Assembly (NCBI GenBank): GCA_051294905.1
Contig: CM119371.1
Span: 35,776,001-35,840,000, forward strand
DNA: 64,000 nt
From: Botryllus schlosseri
Taxonomy: Eukaryota
Reading direction: 5' to 3'
Shown here one piece after another: positions 1 through 12,655 of the stretch (position 1 is its first letter; every line of letters starts with the position of its first letter). The notes beneath the pieces are model-generated. The model ran no database searches. It was given only the letters and a program-made list of their open reading frames with translations, and was not told the origin of the DNA. The position numbers and the translations under genes were made by a program.

Positions 1-519
1 AGCCTACAGCGAATAATCATGTAATAAATATTACACGTTATATATTACCTTGCACTTGCTTCAACTGCAAAGGCAATCAACGCAATATTAACGTAATCAT
101 ATCTCGGTGTTACTAAAGTAATCAACTACACATATGACGTAATCATGAACATGCTTCAACTACACAATCATATTAACGTATTTCTCAGTGTTATTGGAGT
201 GGAACTAGACGCAATCATGACGTAATCATATCTGAGCATTACTGGAATTAAGCAAAGGCACTCTCGTAATAACTAAAGTAATCGCATGTGACGTAATCAT
301 GAACATGCTGCAATACGCAATTGAAGGTAATCAACTTACGCAATGACGTAATGAATATCTCAGCGTAACTGGACTGGAACTATGCTATCTCTCGCACAAC
401 CAAAACCTCTCTCGTATTGGAACCACACCCACATTGTTCTGCATTCTGATTGGCTAACAGATGTCACGTGATCAAATACTCGACGCTGATTGGAGGGGAT
501 CAAATGACTGTGTATAATA
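1..519. repeat. Degenerate tandem repeat (~155-160 bp period, CGTAATCAT-rich) ending in a CTGATTGG / CACGTG / CTGATTGG cluster; unclassified insertion, truncated by the window edge
   Basis: TGACGTAATCATGAACATGCT recurs at ~135 and ~289, and ACTAAAGTAATC at ~112 and ~272. Sequence from ~520 onward matches the interior of the GACTT-array MITE family, so this block interrupts that element. Confidence 0.45.
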
Positions 520-923
520 CTACTGGTTTCGTATTCTATTCTCTATTTTGGCTGATAATTATAGATTGGATGAGGCTGTACAGTTACTTATTGGTAGTTT
601 AGCGATATGACGCCTTTTTGCATGTTAATATAACTGTATTGGTGCATATATTCGTCCCTACATTCAAAATAACTGGCAACTTTCTAACAGCTATCACAAC
701 GCAATGACGTATAAGATATGGCTCGTACTGCGAAAATAAACTTAACTTAAATTGTGACTTGACTCGTGACTTGACTTGACTCGAGTCACCTCTAAAAATC
801 GAGTGACTTGACTTGACTCGAGTCACCTTCAAAAATCGATTTACTCGACTCGACTCGAGTCAAAATGTGCAATGACTCGAGATGACTCGCGACTCGAAGG
901 TAGTGGACTTGATCCCAACACTG
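520..923 (+). mobile_element. Right part of a hAT-type MITE with GACTT/GACTC subterminal arrays (TIR CAGTGTTGGGA), in intron 2 of gene A1
   Basis: Ends GACTTGATCCCAACACTG at 923, matching the end of the complete copy at 56787-57719. It is absent from the paralogous site near 14196. Confidence 0.8.
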
Positions 924-960
924 ACTTCAACTGTAACTGTCAAATCTGCCGAGATCTTAC

Positions 961-1619
961 CTTTCAATGGTTTGCTGGCCTCCCCAAAGTCAGTGTGATC
1001 GGTGCCGCCAGCCGTGACGGGTGGTTTGTCAGTTCCTTGTCCGCGATTATCTCTCGCCTCGGCTTGTTCGGCAGTCTCCCATGTTTTCGTCGAAACGGCT
1101 TCCGGCGTCGGAGTGGATTTTCCACTACTAGCCAACTCTTGTTGAGCACCCTCGTCAGATTCATGACAAGAATTCGGCTTCGCGAGTTCTCCAAGTTTCG
1201 CCGATGTTGCAACTCCGTCTCCTTTCCTATCTGCCCGGATCCACTCTCGCAAAGATTTCCCACCCTCGGAGTCAACTGTTTTAAGCTGCCTAATCTCACG
1301 CAACGTTCCATCGACTCGGCCTTTGTCCAGAAGGTAGTTGGCGACAGACGATCTGCAAAACATGTCTTGCTAGCATCGATTGGCCATCGACGATCTGGAT
1401 TTACCTCACAATCAGAATTTATCCGAAGAATTATGTGAGCCAGGTCACTCTTAGAGATTCTATGTATCTAGTAATATTCATAATGTGGGCAAAGCTGCAT
1501 AGGAATGACTACAAGTTTCAACTAAAATACAGCATGATGTAGACTTACCCATCTGCATGCCCCGTTTTCGTGCGTGAGACGAACATATCAACCGCTAACA
1601 CAGCTATCGTCAAAAGCAT
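961..1619 (-). CDS. Gene A1, TPR-like helical-repeat family, partial: exon 1 1619-1549 and exon 2 1352-961; downstream exons not in the window
   Basis: Exon 1 runs from ATG, MLLTIAVLAVDMFVSRTKTGHAD, to a GG|GTAAGT donor (phase 2). Exon 2 has a TTTTGCAG| acceptor and an AAAG|GTAAGA donor (phase 1). It is collinear with gene A2, and the exon-2 length differences are 3-nt and 6-nt indels. Confidence 0.7.
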
Positions 1620-2399
1620 CGCCGAGGTGATAAGTGAAATGTGATGTCGCTCTGACTTAGTTGCTAGTCCAATGATTGTATTCGCGTGCCGCTAATTATT
1701 GCAATCGCATACGTGACGGGACGACCCATGCGGTGTCTACATCTCCAATCCAACCCTGTTCCGTATTTGATATAACTATTTATTCGATTATAGACGAATT
1801 TAAATTGAAAGGTCAACTTATTAAACTCAAGTTTCCATACACAAGTACAGACTAGTGATTGAACATTATTGAATGGTAACAGTTACACATACATATGATA
1901 CCATATGAAATCTAGAGTCGTTACCTGAATTCTTCCAATGCTCGGTAACATACTGTCAAGCTATTCGAAGAGATTTATGCAGAGATTGATTCATACTGTA
2001 ATGACTGGACCTAAAGCTTGTGCTACTGCAGTGACTGACACGCAAAATTCCCATCGGAATCTAAAGCGTAACGGTACGACGCATGTGCTCCTTCGCATCC
2101 AATGACCATATGCTCGGCCGCAATACAGGGGAATGTAACTCCTAATCTAGTAGGACCGAATTTTATCGATTGTTATTGACATGGATATTATAACATACGT
2201 CGTTCGTCGCCTATAGATCAAATGCTGGTGCGTGATATTTCGGCTCGATTAGAGACTCGGCTGCATCAATCAGGGCTCTTATAGTAGCTTGCTAACTGGA
2301 TTGAGACTACAACCTTACTTGCAATGCCTCTTATTTATTCGAGCCTATCCTTGAGACATGATCAAAATACGTAAACTATCAATAACCGAATATTATCTT

Positions 2400-3867
2400 A
2401 TTTTAATAGGCAGAAAGTTTACGTCAACTTCGAGGTAACAGCTGCGATAGGTTAACAACGGTTACCTGACTAGGTCAGCGGTTTTAAACATGAGGTGCAT
2501 GAATATTTCGAGATCCGAGGACTATTAGTTTTGAGATTAATAGTAAGACTAACTTTACTTTGACCCGCGCCCTAGCTCAGCCCCAACAATAACCCTCAAT
2601 CGCAAGTGCAACATGCTCAATTTGACAGGGGTCACTAAGACGCGGCCAGCCGTTGTGAGTTGGTGACTACTCAATTCGGCCCTTGAGTAGTAGAACAAAT
2701 TTTGGAAATATTTACTCTCCTGCCTCTGCGCAGTTGTCCTTAACATCGAATTTAAATTGGTCATTTTCATAATGTCGGTGCACGTAGACTTAGATGAACA
2801 TGCCCGTCTTTCCGGCTCCCGTATAGCCAAACTTTAATCCCCGATTCGCCGCAATTTATTCCCTCCATTGGTCGTTGATGGACATGAGATGTTCAGTATT
2901 GTCACAGAGGCATTTCTGTCTAGCCCCCCCCCGTATATTTTTCAGTCATAATTTATTTTTGTAGGTATACATTGATGTACTTCATTAGATTGCTGGCAAT
3001 TTTAATACATTGCTGGGAATTATTCTGTCAATCCATTCCTAAATAAACTGAAACTGTTTCGAAACCCAGAATGTAATGACACTTTGGTATAATTTCATGA
3101 TTCACCTGGTAGCCGATCTGTGTCAAAAACTCCAACACAATCACGATGGTCTTCGTTGAAATCTCTCGCAATTCAAGTAAACTCCCTTGAAAATCTCGTA
3201 TCGCACAGGGCAACAGAATTATAGCACAAAAAAAACAAATCATTTTATCATTCTCGATCAGTAATATAACATGAAAAGCATGACGCCACAGGCCAAGATA
3301 TATCATAAACTTCACTCGTGCGTAGACTGACGAGAGTTTTATGGCTTCAATCCTCTTCCTATTCAAACATAGGTCTTCTTTTAAGACTGAAATTGAAGGT
3401 ATTAGATAGTAAGAATGATACCTTCGCCTACTATAACTAATATGAAGAACATGAAGTCGCTCCCCACTACAAGCTATCGAAATAAGAAGAGTTGGAATCG
3501 TAAGGGAATTGGCAATTTTGCTTGTCTATGTTCCGAAGAGAAGCATCAAGCGCCGTTGCGTGTGGTCCACCAGCGTTTTTTTCGCTTTGGCTTCGTGTCC
3601 AGTATGTCTCGTTGTCGTTATGACGGCAGCCGTCTTCGCAGAAGATTTACCTCTGCATTCAATCTTTTTGGCATGCTTGTCTGTAACATGGTGGGAATCT
3701 TCCCTCACTTTCACTTACACTGTAGTGCTCCGTCTGCTTTCGGATCTACACGAATCATTACTCTCAGACATAGCCTTTCTTCGGATGTTATCGTTTCAGG
3801 GTGTTGGAAGTCTCGCAGAGTTATATTAACTCCTTTTGCACGTGGGAGATCAATAGTGACTGAGTAT
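2400..3867 (-). pseudogene. Decayed paralogue of the same family (exon 2-, exon 3- and exon 4-like remnants)
   Basis: After TTTTTGTCAG| at 3867 it reads RYSVTIDLPRAKGVNITLRDFQHPETITSEERLCLRVMIRVDPKADG, which aligns ungapped to A exon 2 (19/47 identical by eye). After TTTCAG| at 3386 it reads LKEDLCLNRKRIEA, similar to A2 exon 3 SEENLYFMKKRLEA. Near 3211 it reads ALCDTR-FQGSLLELREIST, similar to C exon 4 ALCEEKQFTKALTVLRRIHT. Multiple stops and frameshifts; lower boundary approximate. Confidence 0.6.
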
Positions 3868-5366
3868 CTGACAAAAAAACAGTTCTTACTATCACAGATT
3901 CTGATCATCCATCGGATAGCTTGGTGTAACGAGGTGTAACCGTCCTGAAGTTATATTAAAGGTTAAATCAGCAAATCTATGAACATATTGCAGCACAGAG
4001 ATTAGAATTTCCACCACGTTCTAAGAATATACGAAATCGGCTTCATTCCAAATTTTTGCAAATTGGTTATTCGGGATGACCAACTTATAACGTCTGGTTA
4101 ATGTTTTTGGTCCGTGTATGTAATCATCAAATTAATATTTGTGTGGCCCGCGAAAGTCACACAAAACGGTAAAATATTGATAGAATTTGTACTAAAAATC
4201 AAATAATTGTGGGTACTTGATTAAACTTTTACCTAATATATTACAACATGATGATGATATATTATATTTTTACCATTTAGTCCTTTTTATTTTATTGATG
4301 GCGTGATAGCCCGACTTCACGTCCCATGCATTTGCAGGATTTCAATTACTAAACACCAAAGGTGGTCAGTAACGGAGAACTTCTACTTTTTCGAAGTACT
4401 CAAGTAGTTTTCCTCTACTTCTGGTACTTACTCAGGTAGATCAGATTTCCGCTACACCTACTTTTACTTCGTAATATTTAGTGATCTACTTACTTACTTT
4501 TCGCGATTTTCAGTTTGTCAAGTGGAAGTAGTTTAATCCTCCAATCAGGAAGATAGCCTGAGGAATTTCGGGGCTGTTTTCACGGAGTATCAACATTTAA
4601 TTTTCATAAAAGTTGAGTAAAGCCCAGAATTGTCGTCGTTCTACGCGCTCAGTGGATACGCAGTAACCAGTATGATTTCACAAAAGTATCGGTGAATATA
4701 ATTTATGTTGCGGGTTGGCGTGGTTCCGTTCATACCGCATTGTCACCCTTCGCACATAAGAAATATTTCGTCACAGTATATATGGCTCATAATAACGTTT
4801 GAAACGGATGTTTCGCTATCTAGAATTGACTTATCACATCGTAATCTAGCAGTCCACGGCATGTCCTAATCTGGAAAGTGGACTCTGACTTTTTTAGTTT
4901 TAGAGCTGTTTCAGCATACCACCTTTGAAACTTTCTGGACTAAAGACATGAAATACATTTCCACTTTTAGAAATAGTATTTATACCTCACTTTCAATCCC
5001 CAGTATCATATACTTTGAGTTCTAATTCGTATCAGTTATTTTGTCTGCATGGATAACATACATGTTGAAGTATAAAAGTGTAGTAATGCCTTTAATAATC
5101 GGAAATAAATCTATACAATTAGGAATTTTTACGATCCATCATATTTTTCATTAACGTTTACTAATCGCGCGAAGTGTTTACACCGTATCCTATGCAACTT
5201 CTCCGTGTTGCTTTTCGACTAAACTACGGGCCTTATAGTATGAGGGAGTGCGTCATACCAAGGTATTTTCTAAAACGTGCTGTTCTAGTAAACAGAGGAC
5301 TAGTATCGCATTTCCACATCAATACTATCATTTTCATCCCATGATTGGAAAGAATGCTTATGCTGT

Positions 5367-8300
5367 CATTCAATACGCTCACGAACTCGTCGCTATTTGA
5401 CAGCATCATATTGGACAAGTACCACTTCCCATCTATTCCCCCTTGGGTTTTTCCCCAGCCACACGTTGACATTCTCCCTTCTGCTCGAGTCTTCTTCCCG
5501 TGATGTCTCGGAATCTTTCAAACAGATCTGTTTGAGTCATGTGGTGCTCCAGTGCTGTGCTGTGCATTCGCAACTCTAATTTGCAGCCCCACTACAGACT
5601 GGGTGAGGAAATTCTCTCATCTCGTCTCGTCTAGATTTACGAAAGCGAAGGATCGATGTGACATTTTTGTGGGTTCCAGGGCACGCCGTGATCAGCGGAA
5701 ACGAGGAAGAGGACCGGCTAGCGAAAACAGCTTCTCACTCCCAGTCCAATATCGTCCAGGAATTGTCAAAGCACGTGCTGCGTAAGATCATTCGACGGCA
5801 CTGTATATTTCTATGGAACGAATAATTTCAAGTATCCGACAACGGACATCATTACAAAATTTGTAAGCCATCCATTGGGAACAATCCGTCGGCACGTAGA
5901 AACCGGTAGAACATCGGTTCCCAATCGGTGTGGACATGCACCCCCCTTGTCAATGATCAAAACAATTGCGCCCCCTTATCTCCCCTGCACTGATCGTTAT
6001 GTCGAAAAGAGCACATATAATCTAACACGGAGGTGGGCAACGTTCTTGCTAATCATGATCGCATTTGAATTACCTATGTAGTCAAATGCCGTATTCCAGG
6101 GCATAGCCGTAATTAACTAACTGGACGCGCATGGCGCGAAAAATTTTCAGATTCACGAATGAATTCCGTAATTAATAGTAGTAGTATCAAAAATTACTAT
6201 TAAATATATATATTTTCTCAGCCTATGAGATCAGATTCACCGGTAGAGTTGATGGATGGAGTGCGTTTGAAAATTTAGGACAAATTATAAATGATAATGC
6301 ATCTTCGGTTATGCCAATTGTTATTATAGTCCCATTGTCGAATTCCTTTATTTTTTGACCCCCCCATCGGGATTGTCGATTGTATCGGTGGTAGAAATAG
6401 TGGAAATATATGGAAATCGCCCAAAAGTACCATAAACAAAATTCATTCGTGAGGAGCAGACGATTCCGATTCCGGCTTAGATTGATAAGGGCGCTCCTAT
6501 ACTAAAATCGGAAAATAACGTCGCGTTAAATAGCGCGGAGCTCGAAGAAAATTGTAAGATAAATTAAAATCTCTCAAAAATTCGGGAGTGAATTGGTGAT
6601 TACAATTTGCATGTCGGTGGCCGGCAACACATACTAATTGAATTAGGTGTCGACGGCCGCACAAATTCCCTTCTACGGCCGCAGGTTGCCCACCCCTAAT
6701 CTAATGGTCTACATATGGTATATCCCACGCCAAGTTTGAATCCGCATTCCAGTTGTTAAGTCTTTTACATTTCTGACATAATTCCCCAAACTTGTTTGAA
6801 AATAACAAAAAAACATTGACAACAGGACATCAATTTATTTCAAGGTAGGTTGCACTGGGACTTTAATCCTAATGCTGGTAGTGACTATACAGAAAGCACG
6901 GGGTAGTTCTGTCCAGCCATGCTAAATGTGACCAGTTTTGGAATTTAATTAAATTGTGTTGATTTAGGGTAGCCTAATTGAGTGCAGAACCGGGCAACCT
7001 ATATTGCATTCAAGTCTGTCTTAGGCAGTGCAGTTCGCCAGCTATTAACAACAGCAACCCAACGCACCGAGCGTTAGGCGACTGCCAAAGCTATGAAATA
7101 ACGAATCACTTACACGTAGGAATTGCTCTATATCTTCAGAGAATGTAAAAAATTTGGTCAAATGAAGTTGAAATGAGCATGTAATCCGTAGAGCTTGACA
7201 GCTGAAGTTTGAATTTGGCAGATCTTCTAGAATACGAAATAAGTTTCATCTTCAACAATCGTCTTTTCAGAAAGGTTGTGAAACACATGTTTAGTCACGA
7301 TTTATAAAGACTTTGTCAATTTCTCGCGCCCCCTGAAGGCCTCCCCGTCACCAGGTTGGGAACCACTGGTATAGAAGAAAGTATCCCTTTTAGTTTTCAG
7401 TCCTGTCACTGTCGTCTGAGTATAGCCATTCGATTAGAATAGGTTCAGTGGAATCTCCAATTTGCTCGCTTCGTCAGTATCCGGAAACCACCGAACATTT
7501 TTTGATCCACTGTTCAAAATATGATTGCCATCGTACTTTCCTCATTGCTAAACGTGCTAAATTGAATGTTGATTTTCGCCTTGAAATTCTCCTCGCCGAG
7601 GATCATATCATCCCTTTCACAATTGAATTTGTGTTATCATTAGGGCGATTTTATTTGACATGTCACAAAAAGTCAAAATTAGACCAAAATTGTAGCGTTA
7701 GGTCAAAGAAAGTCAAAATTGTTTACAAAGTCATTTTTTTTGCAACCTGCATTTCGTTTGTGTCGTAGAATTTGCACTGTCGGGAACTTATCATTTGACA
7801 TTTTCCATCGTGCAGCTTACTTTATAGGCCTACCGTTCTTGACGGCTCATTGTCTGCTCATTATGAATCATAAACATTCAAATGGAAAAAACAGGCTCAC
7901 ATGGTGTCATGCTCAACGTACCGCAATATCCCAACTGAAGCAAGACTGCGTGGGCATTGCATGGTTCTTATATCAAGAAGCGCATTAGGAAAAATTGTGA
8001 TGAAGACACCATTGTCAGAGTGAAGCAACACGGCGTGTCACCAGCAGTGTACGCAAATTTTTTCAAGCTACTTAGTAAGGACAGACAATTTCTACCCGAG
8101 AATGTAGGAATGTATACAACAAATTTTAATTATTTCTACCGTAATACGTGATGTAACTACTGGAATTCTTCATAGTGCCAGATTTGGTTAAAATATAGTT
8201 TTCTCACGAAAAAATTTGTCTGTTTTTGAGTTAAAAAAGTTTTTGTCAGGTCAAATTGCTTCCTAAGGACGGACATTTGGAACCGGAAAAGAAGATAAGT

Positions 8301-8546
8301 AGTACAATTGTAACATTATTCGAGAAAACACCTAATTTGCATACGTCAGATCAAAATGTGGTCAATATTAAGTTTTTTAAGGTAAAAAAATGTCAAAATT
8401 TTGATTTTGTAGGTCAAAATCTTCCGTCTGTAGGTAAAAAAATGGCCGTAGTTATCTCGCAACCGTAACTTGTGAATGACCGTGAATTTTTTATTTTCCA
8501 CCGCTCCGAAATTTCCTTTTTCTGGCCTCGATATAAATTTTTTCTC
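5367..8546 (+). mobile_element. Degraded second copy of the RNase H-containing LINE 3' region, split by the insertion at 5912-7368
   Basis: 5367-5911 and 7369-8546 match 23116-25005 (KYHFPSIPPWFFPQPH, PGHAVISGNEE, CSLRQYPETTEHFLIHC). The N-terminal half of RNase H is deleted. Confidence 0.85.
5912..7368. mobile_element. Composite non-autonomous hAT-type element inserted into the LINE
   Basis: Termini CATCGGTTCCCAATC and GGTTGGGAACCACTG. Flanks CGGTAGAA / GTATAGAA correspond to the single GCGTAGAA in the uninterrupted LINE copy (degenerate 8-bp TSD). Confidence 0.6.
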
Positions 8547-8745
8547 TTGAGCTACTCGCTCGTTTAGCCAGACAGCATTGTTGCGTCCCAATTCCAATCT
8601 CAATAACAATGAAAAACACGAGGCGGATTGTGGGAGTTCCAGGGCCACGAGCGTAATAAAATTGACCGTCAAATTGCCTGCAGCCTAATGGAAATTGTGA
8701 CGTGAATCAATTTCACTGACGCGTGAAATTTGCTTGTGTTAGCAC

Positions 8746-10675
8746 CAGGGCTGTGGAGTCGGTAAATTTACCACCGACTCCGGCTCCGACTCCACACATT
8801 TTCAATATACCGACTCCGACTCCTGAGTCTTTAAACGTACCGGGTCCGACTCCCACTCCTGGGTCTTTAAACGTACTGACTCCGACTCCCGACTCCGACT
8901 CCAGCGTTATTACCAATTTACTTCGAAAATTATATGCCACATTGTCGGTTGAATGACTATCATACAACTATTAAACATATGCAAACATATGATTAATGGT
9001 GGCATGCTAAATTGTTTCATTGTGGCACAGCTCGAATTATCCACTATGCAATTACCATGAAAGAAAAATTTGCTAAATATCCTTCCTTTTTCAAGTTTTT
9101 ATAACATGGACTCTCTAATATCCTGAAATGTATGAATCATTCAAATATGGCAGATATGCAATCCTGTATAGTAAAAATGTAGATAAAAACTCCAAGTGTA
9201 GCTCTTGTGTATGAGTCAGCAACTAATAAAGAGATTGAACTTACTAATTTTGTAATTGCACACTATCCTGATTACAAGCCTATGTCTAGTCTACATGTAG
9301 TTAATCAAGTATTCAGGGATTGGAACTTGCAGTCTTTCTTAATCATTTGTTCGACCCAAACAGCTAAGCTACACTACAAATATTTTGAATTTTGTCAAGT
9401 GGGAAGCATCGTTTGGTCATATTTACATCCTTTTTACAATTTTACAAAACAAGCCGATGCATTTGCTCTGTCACAGTATCATAGTATAATTCCAAAAATT
9501 GCATCAATTCCGACTGCATCGCGAAAACGCATATTGCGATTTTCTTCCCCTGTGCAACTGAGTTGTAATTTGCAAGTAATGTCTAATTTTATTTATATCA
9601 GGGGTGGGCAACTTTATCGGCCAAAGGGACCCATGAGATTTACGCACCATTGCGTGGGCAACTGGAATGTTGATAACCTGTTTTTAGTCGTCCGATAAGA
9701 GTGGAACGAATTAGGTAAAATTGCAAACAAGACTTATATTAATACGCTCTAAAATTGATAACAATATGTCATGCAATTGTGCAGTGCGCAATCAGGCCCT
9801 GGTCGCGCGAAGCACGAAATGTTTTTGCAAGATAATGACTGAATTATCTCAATAAATATGTGGCTAACATACATTGGGGGTCGCATCTGTATACCACTGG
9901 GCTCATTTGGCAAGGATAGAATTATTCGACGTTTAGACATAGCAAAATCGACGGTATCAGTGAACATGCCTCTATCATTTTGTGCAAATATTTTGTCGAC
10001 GGTCTCGCTGCGAGTGCACACGTGAAGCCGTATGTTGAACGACACGTTATCTCCTAATTGCGAATATAGTTAGACTCAATTCTGTGAATAATATGTATTT
10101 ATAATTTTCATAAGGGGGCTCAAATACTGAATACAAGAAATCTAGTGACAATGAATCATGCGAAGTACGGAGAAAAATTTCAAGTCAAATAAATTTGCTA
10201 TGAAATATTCTACTTTATGGTCATATACGAAGATCTGGTATAAATGTGGCTGGCCCCTGGATACGTCAATGCGTCAGAACTGTTGTTTTAGTCATCATCG
10301 AAATTTCGCGGTCATGCTAATCAAAGTTTGGTTGGCCTTGCAATTGTACCTGATGTCATAAACAATTTCGAGAATTACCTCGCAGGCCACACCTAACCTT
10401 CTCGTGTGCCAAATTAGGCCTGCGTGACACGGGCTGGCCGCACCTGATCTGTATGGATATTAATAATAGTCATTGGTGGTGCATAAAAATTATATTGAAA
10501 ATTCTTTGAAAGCAAATGTTTCCATCATAGAGAATTTGGAGTCGGAGTCGGAGTCGACGTCAGGGTCATTCTCACAAACTCCCACTCTGACTCCAGTCAG
10601 AATTTTCATCACGACTCCGACTCCAGCTATTATAGTTTTCACGACTCCGACTCCGACTCCGACTCCACAGCCCTG
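8746..10675 (+). mobile_element. hAT-type MITE with (GGAGTC)n subterminal arrays, containing a nested MITE at 9599-10446
   Basis: TIR CAGGGCTGTGGAGTCGG ... CCGACTCCACAGCCCTG with 8-bp TSD GTTAGCAC/GTTGGCAC. The nested element CAGGGGTGGGCAAC...GCACCTG has flanks ATTTATAT/ATCTGTAT. Confidence 0.85.
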
Positions 10676-12655
10676 GTTGGCACCGTATAGGACACTATGG
10701 TCACATATCTTTTTTAGATATTAGAACTTCAAGTTCACCCTAAAACTACTATGAAAAAAATCACAGAAATCTCAACGAAGTACATTTTCACATCACTTTT
10801 AAAAGCTAGCATGAGGTAAAAGATGAGATATTACGTCACATTTCTAGTTCATTGTGATAAAGCATGGTCCATTGATTCGTGACTGAAAATTGTGATTTGC
10901 TTTCAAGTGACCTTTCGTAAAATTAATCGGTTGCGGATTGACTGGGTGATTCAATAAAAATGACTCGAGTTGAGTCTGGTCAAAAGTTGAAATCAAAGAC
11001 TGACTTGCGACTCGGAACGGGGACTTGGTAATCCTACGGACGCAACAGTCTATGAAACTGTCATGGGAATAGTAATATGTAAAAAGGTCGTAGCTTGCAT
11101 TGCGTAGGGTATATAGCTATCTAGTCAGGTCAGTATGGCAACCACCGGCAATATATGACCCCGGTCCCGTATAGTTGGTTACAGGCTGGGTGTTGTTTGT
11201 TCTCTTTGACCATGTTATCATCGGTGTTGATATAGGTACCGCATCAGACATTGTGTTGAAAATGAACTGGGGCTACGAGAAATCTTATTGTAAGCACAAG
11301 GGGTACGATCGCTAACGTCAAGAAAAAATGGCTTAATAATGATTATATTTGTTGTTATTGATATGTTCCAATAATAATCGAAGGCAAAATCCAACGCTGA
11401 TATAATTTGACTTTTGCAGTGACAGTAATAATAGCCTACCTATCACGACTATATCAAACCCGGATTTAGCCACACCGCTCAAATGCTCTGATATCAGATC
11501 ATTCTTCGGTAGATTTTAAAATATTCTATGTAAAATTGTGACACGTCAAAGGTCAACTAGCTGCAATATTATAACCCGACAGGTCGACAATGTCATGATG
11601 CATCCTCTCGCATAATTTCTATATCTCATTATGGTAACAAATTATGCCAGGCACAATAATAATTTTATTCATTTACTTGGAAATGTGATTTTTTTGTGCG
11701 AAGAATGCATATACAATTGGATAGCATAGATTCAATTGTATATTGAAGTTCTGTACCCCCAAGAAGCTCTTCGGAATGCATATAGTACAACAGTAAGTTA
11801 CATTTTCACGATGTTTTTGGAATGCCCGTCTGAAAGCTCCCGTCAAGTAAGGCCTACTTGGAAATTATACATTGAATATCCCTATTATTGATGCTGCGGC
11901 CCGCGGCGTCATCAAAATCTAGGCAATTGGCCCGCGAGCACATTTGAGTTCGAGAGCTCTGGTCTACCGGGAGTCGATTTTGAAAATATATTTTTTTAGT
12001 CAACACACAGCAGAATTATGTTAGAACGGGTCTATGTGGATAGTGTAATTGTGATGCGTCCGGTCTCTCGGTCATTAGGTCGTGGGGTCGACATGCGGCC
12101 GGATCAAACCGAAGACTCGGAAACTGGTATCCGCAGCTATCCTTCCAGGCGCTCAGCATCCATGTATATAGGGTTACCATACGCCGGGGATTTGTCCTCT
12201 TTTTTGACTTTTATGAAAGTGTCCTCGGAGGACGCCCAAATGTCCCTTTTTACAGATATTCTCCTATTTTTTGAGAATTTTGGGTGAATATATGGCAGTA
12301 TCGACTTAGATGCAGTAAATCAGCACCGAAGTTACGCTCCAGCGGGCATTACGGAAGCGGGGCCGGAGAGTTGACCCAATCACCCGTTACCGTATCCGAC
12401 TTCAGTTTTTTAATTGTAGAAAGTGCCCTCTCTTCTGGATCGCAAAATATGATAACATCAACTGCAAGTATATAAAACCTACGAAGTACTATGAAAAGGT
12501 ACGAGTACTTTTTTACTGATCACCTCTGATAACGACTACTTTTTTCGATTATTGATGGACACTTCCCGATAAGGCATTTACTGACAACATTTACTGACAA
12601 TCACGAACGAAAACACAAACTACACCTATACATAACTATATCGCATAACGTGACT

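Noticed and set aside
872..1438. 188-aa plus-strand ORF and the 964-1311 minus-strand ORF
   Set aside because: Antisense or alternate-frame shadows of A1 exon 2; not kept open in the A2 copy.
8713..10724. PTPTP / GVGVG / ESESE proteins (also at 52479-53403)
   Set aside because: These are translations of (GGAGTC)n MITE subterminal arrays.
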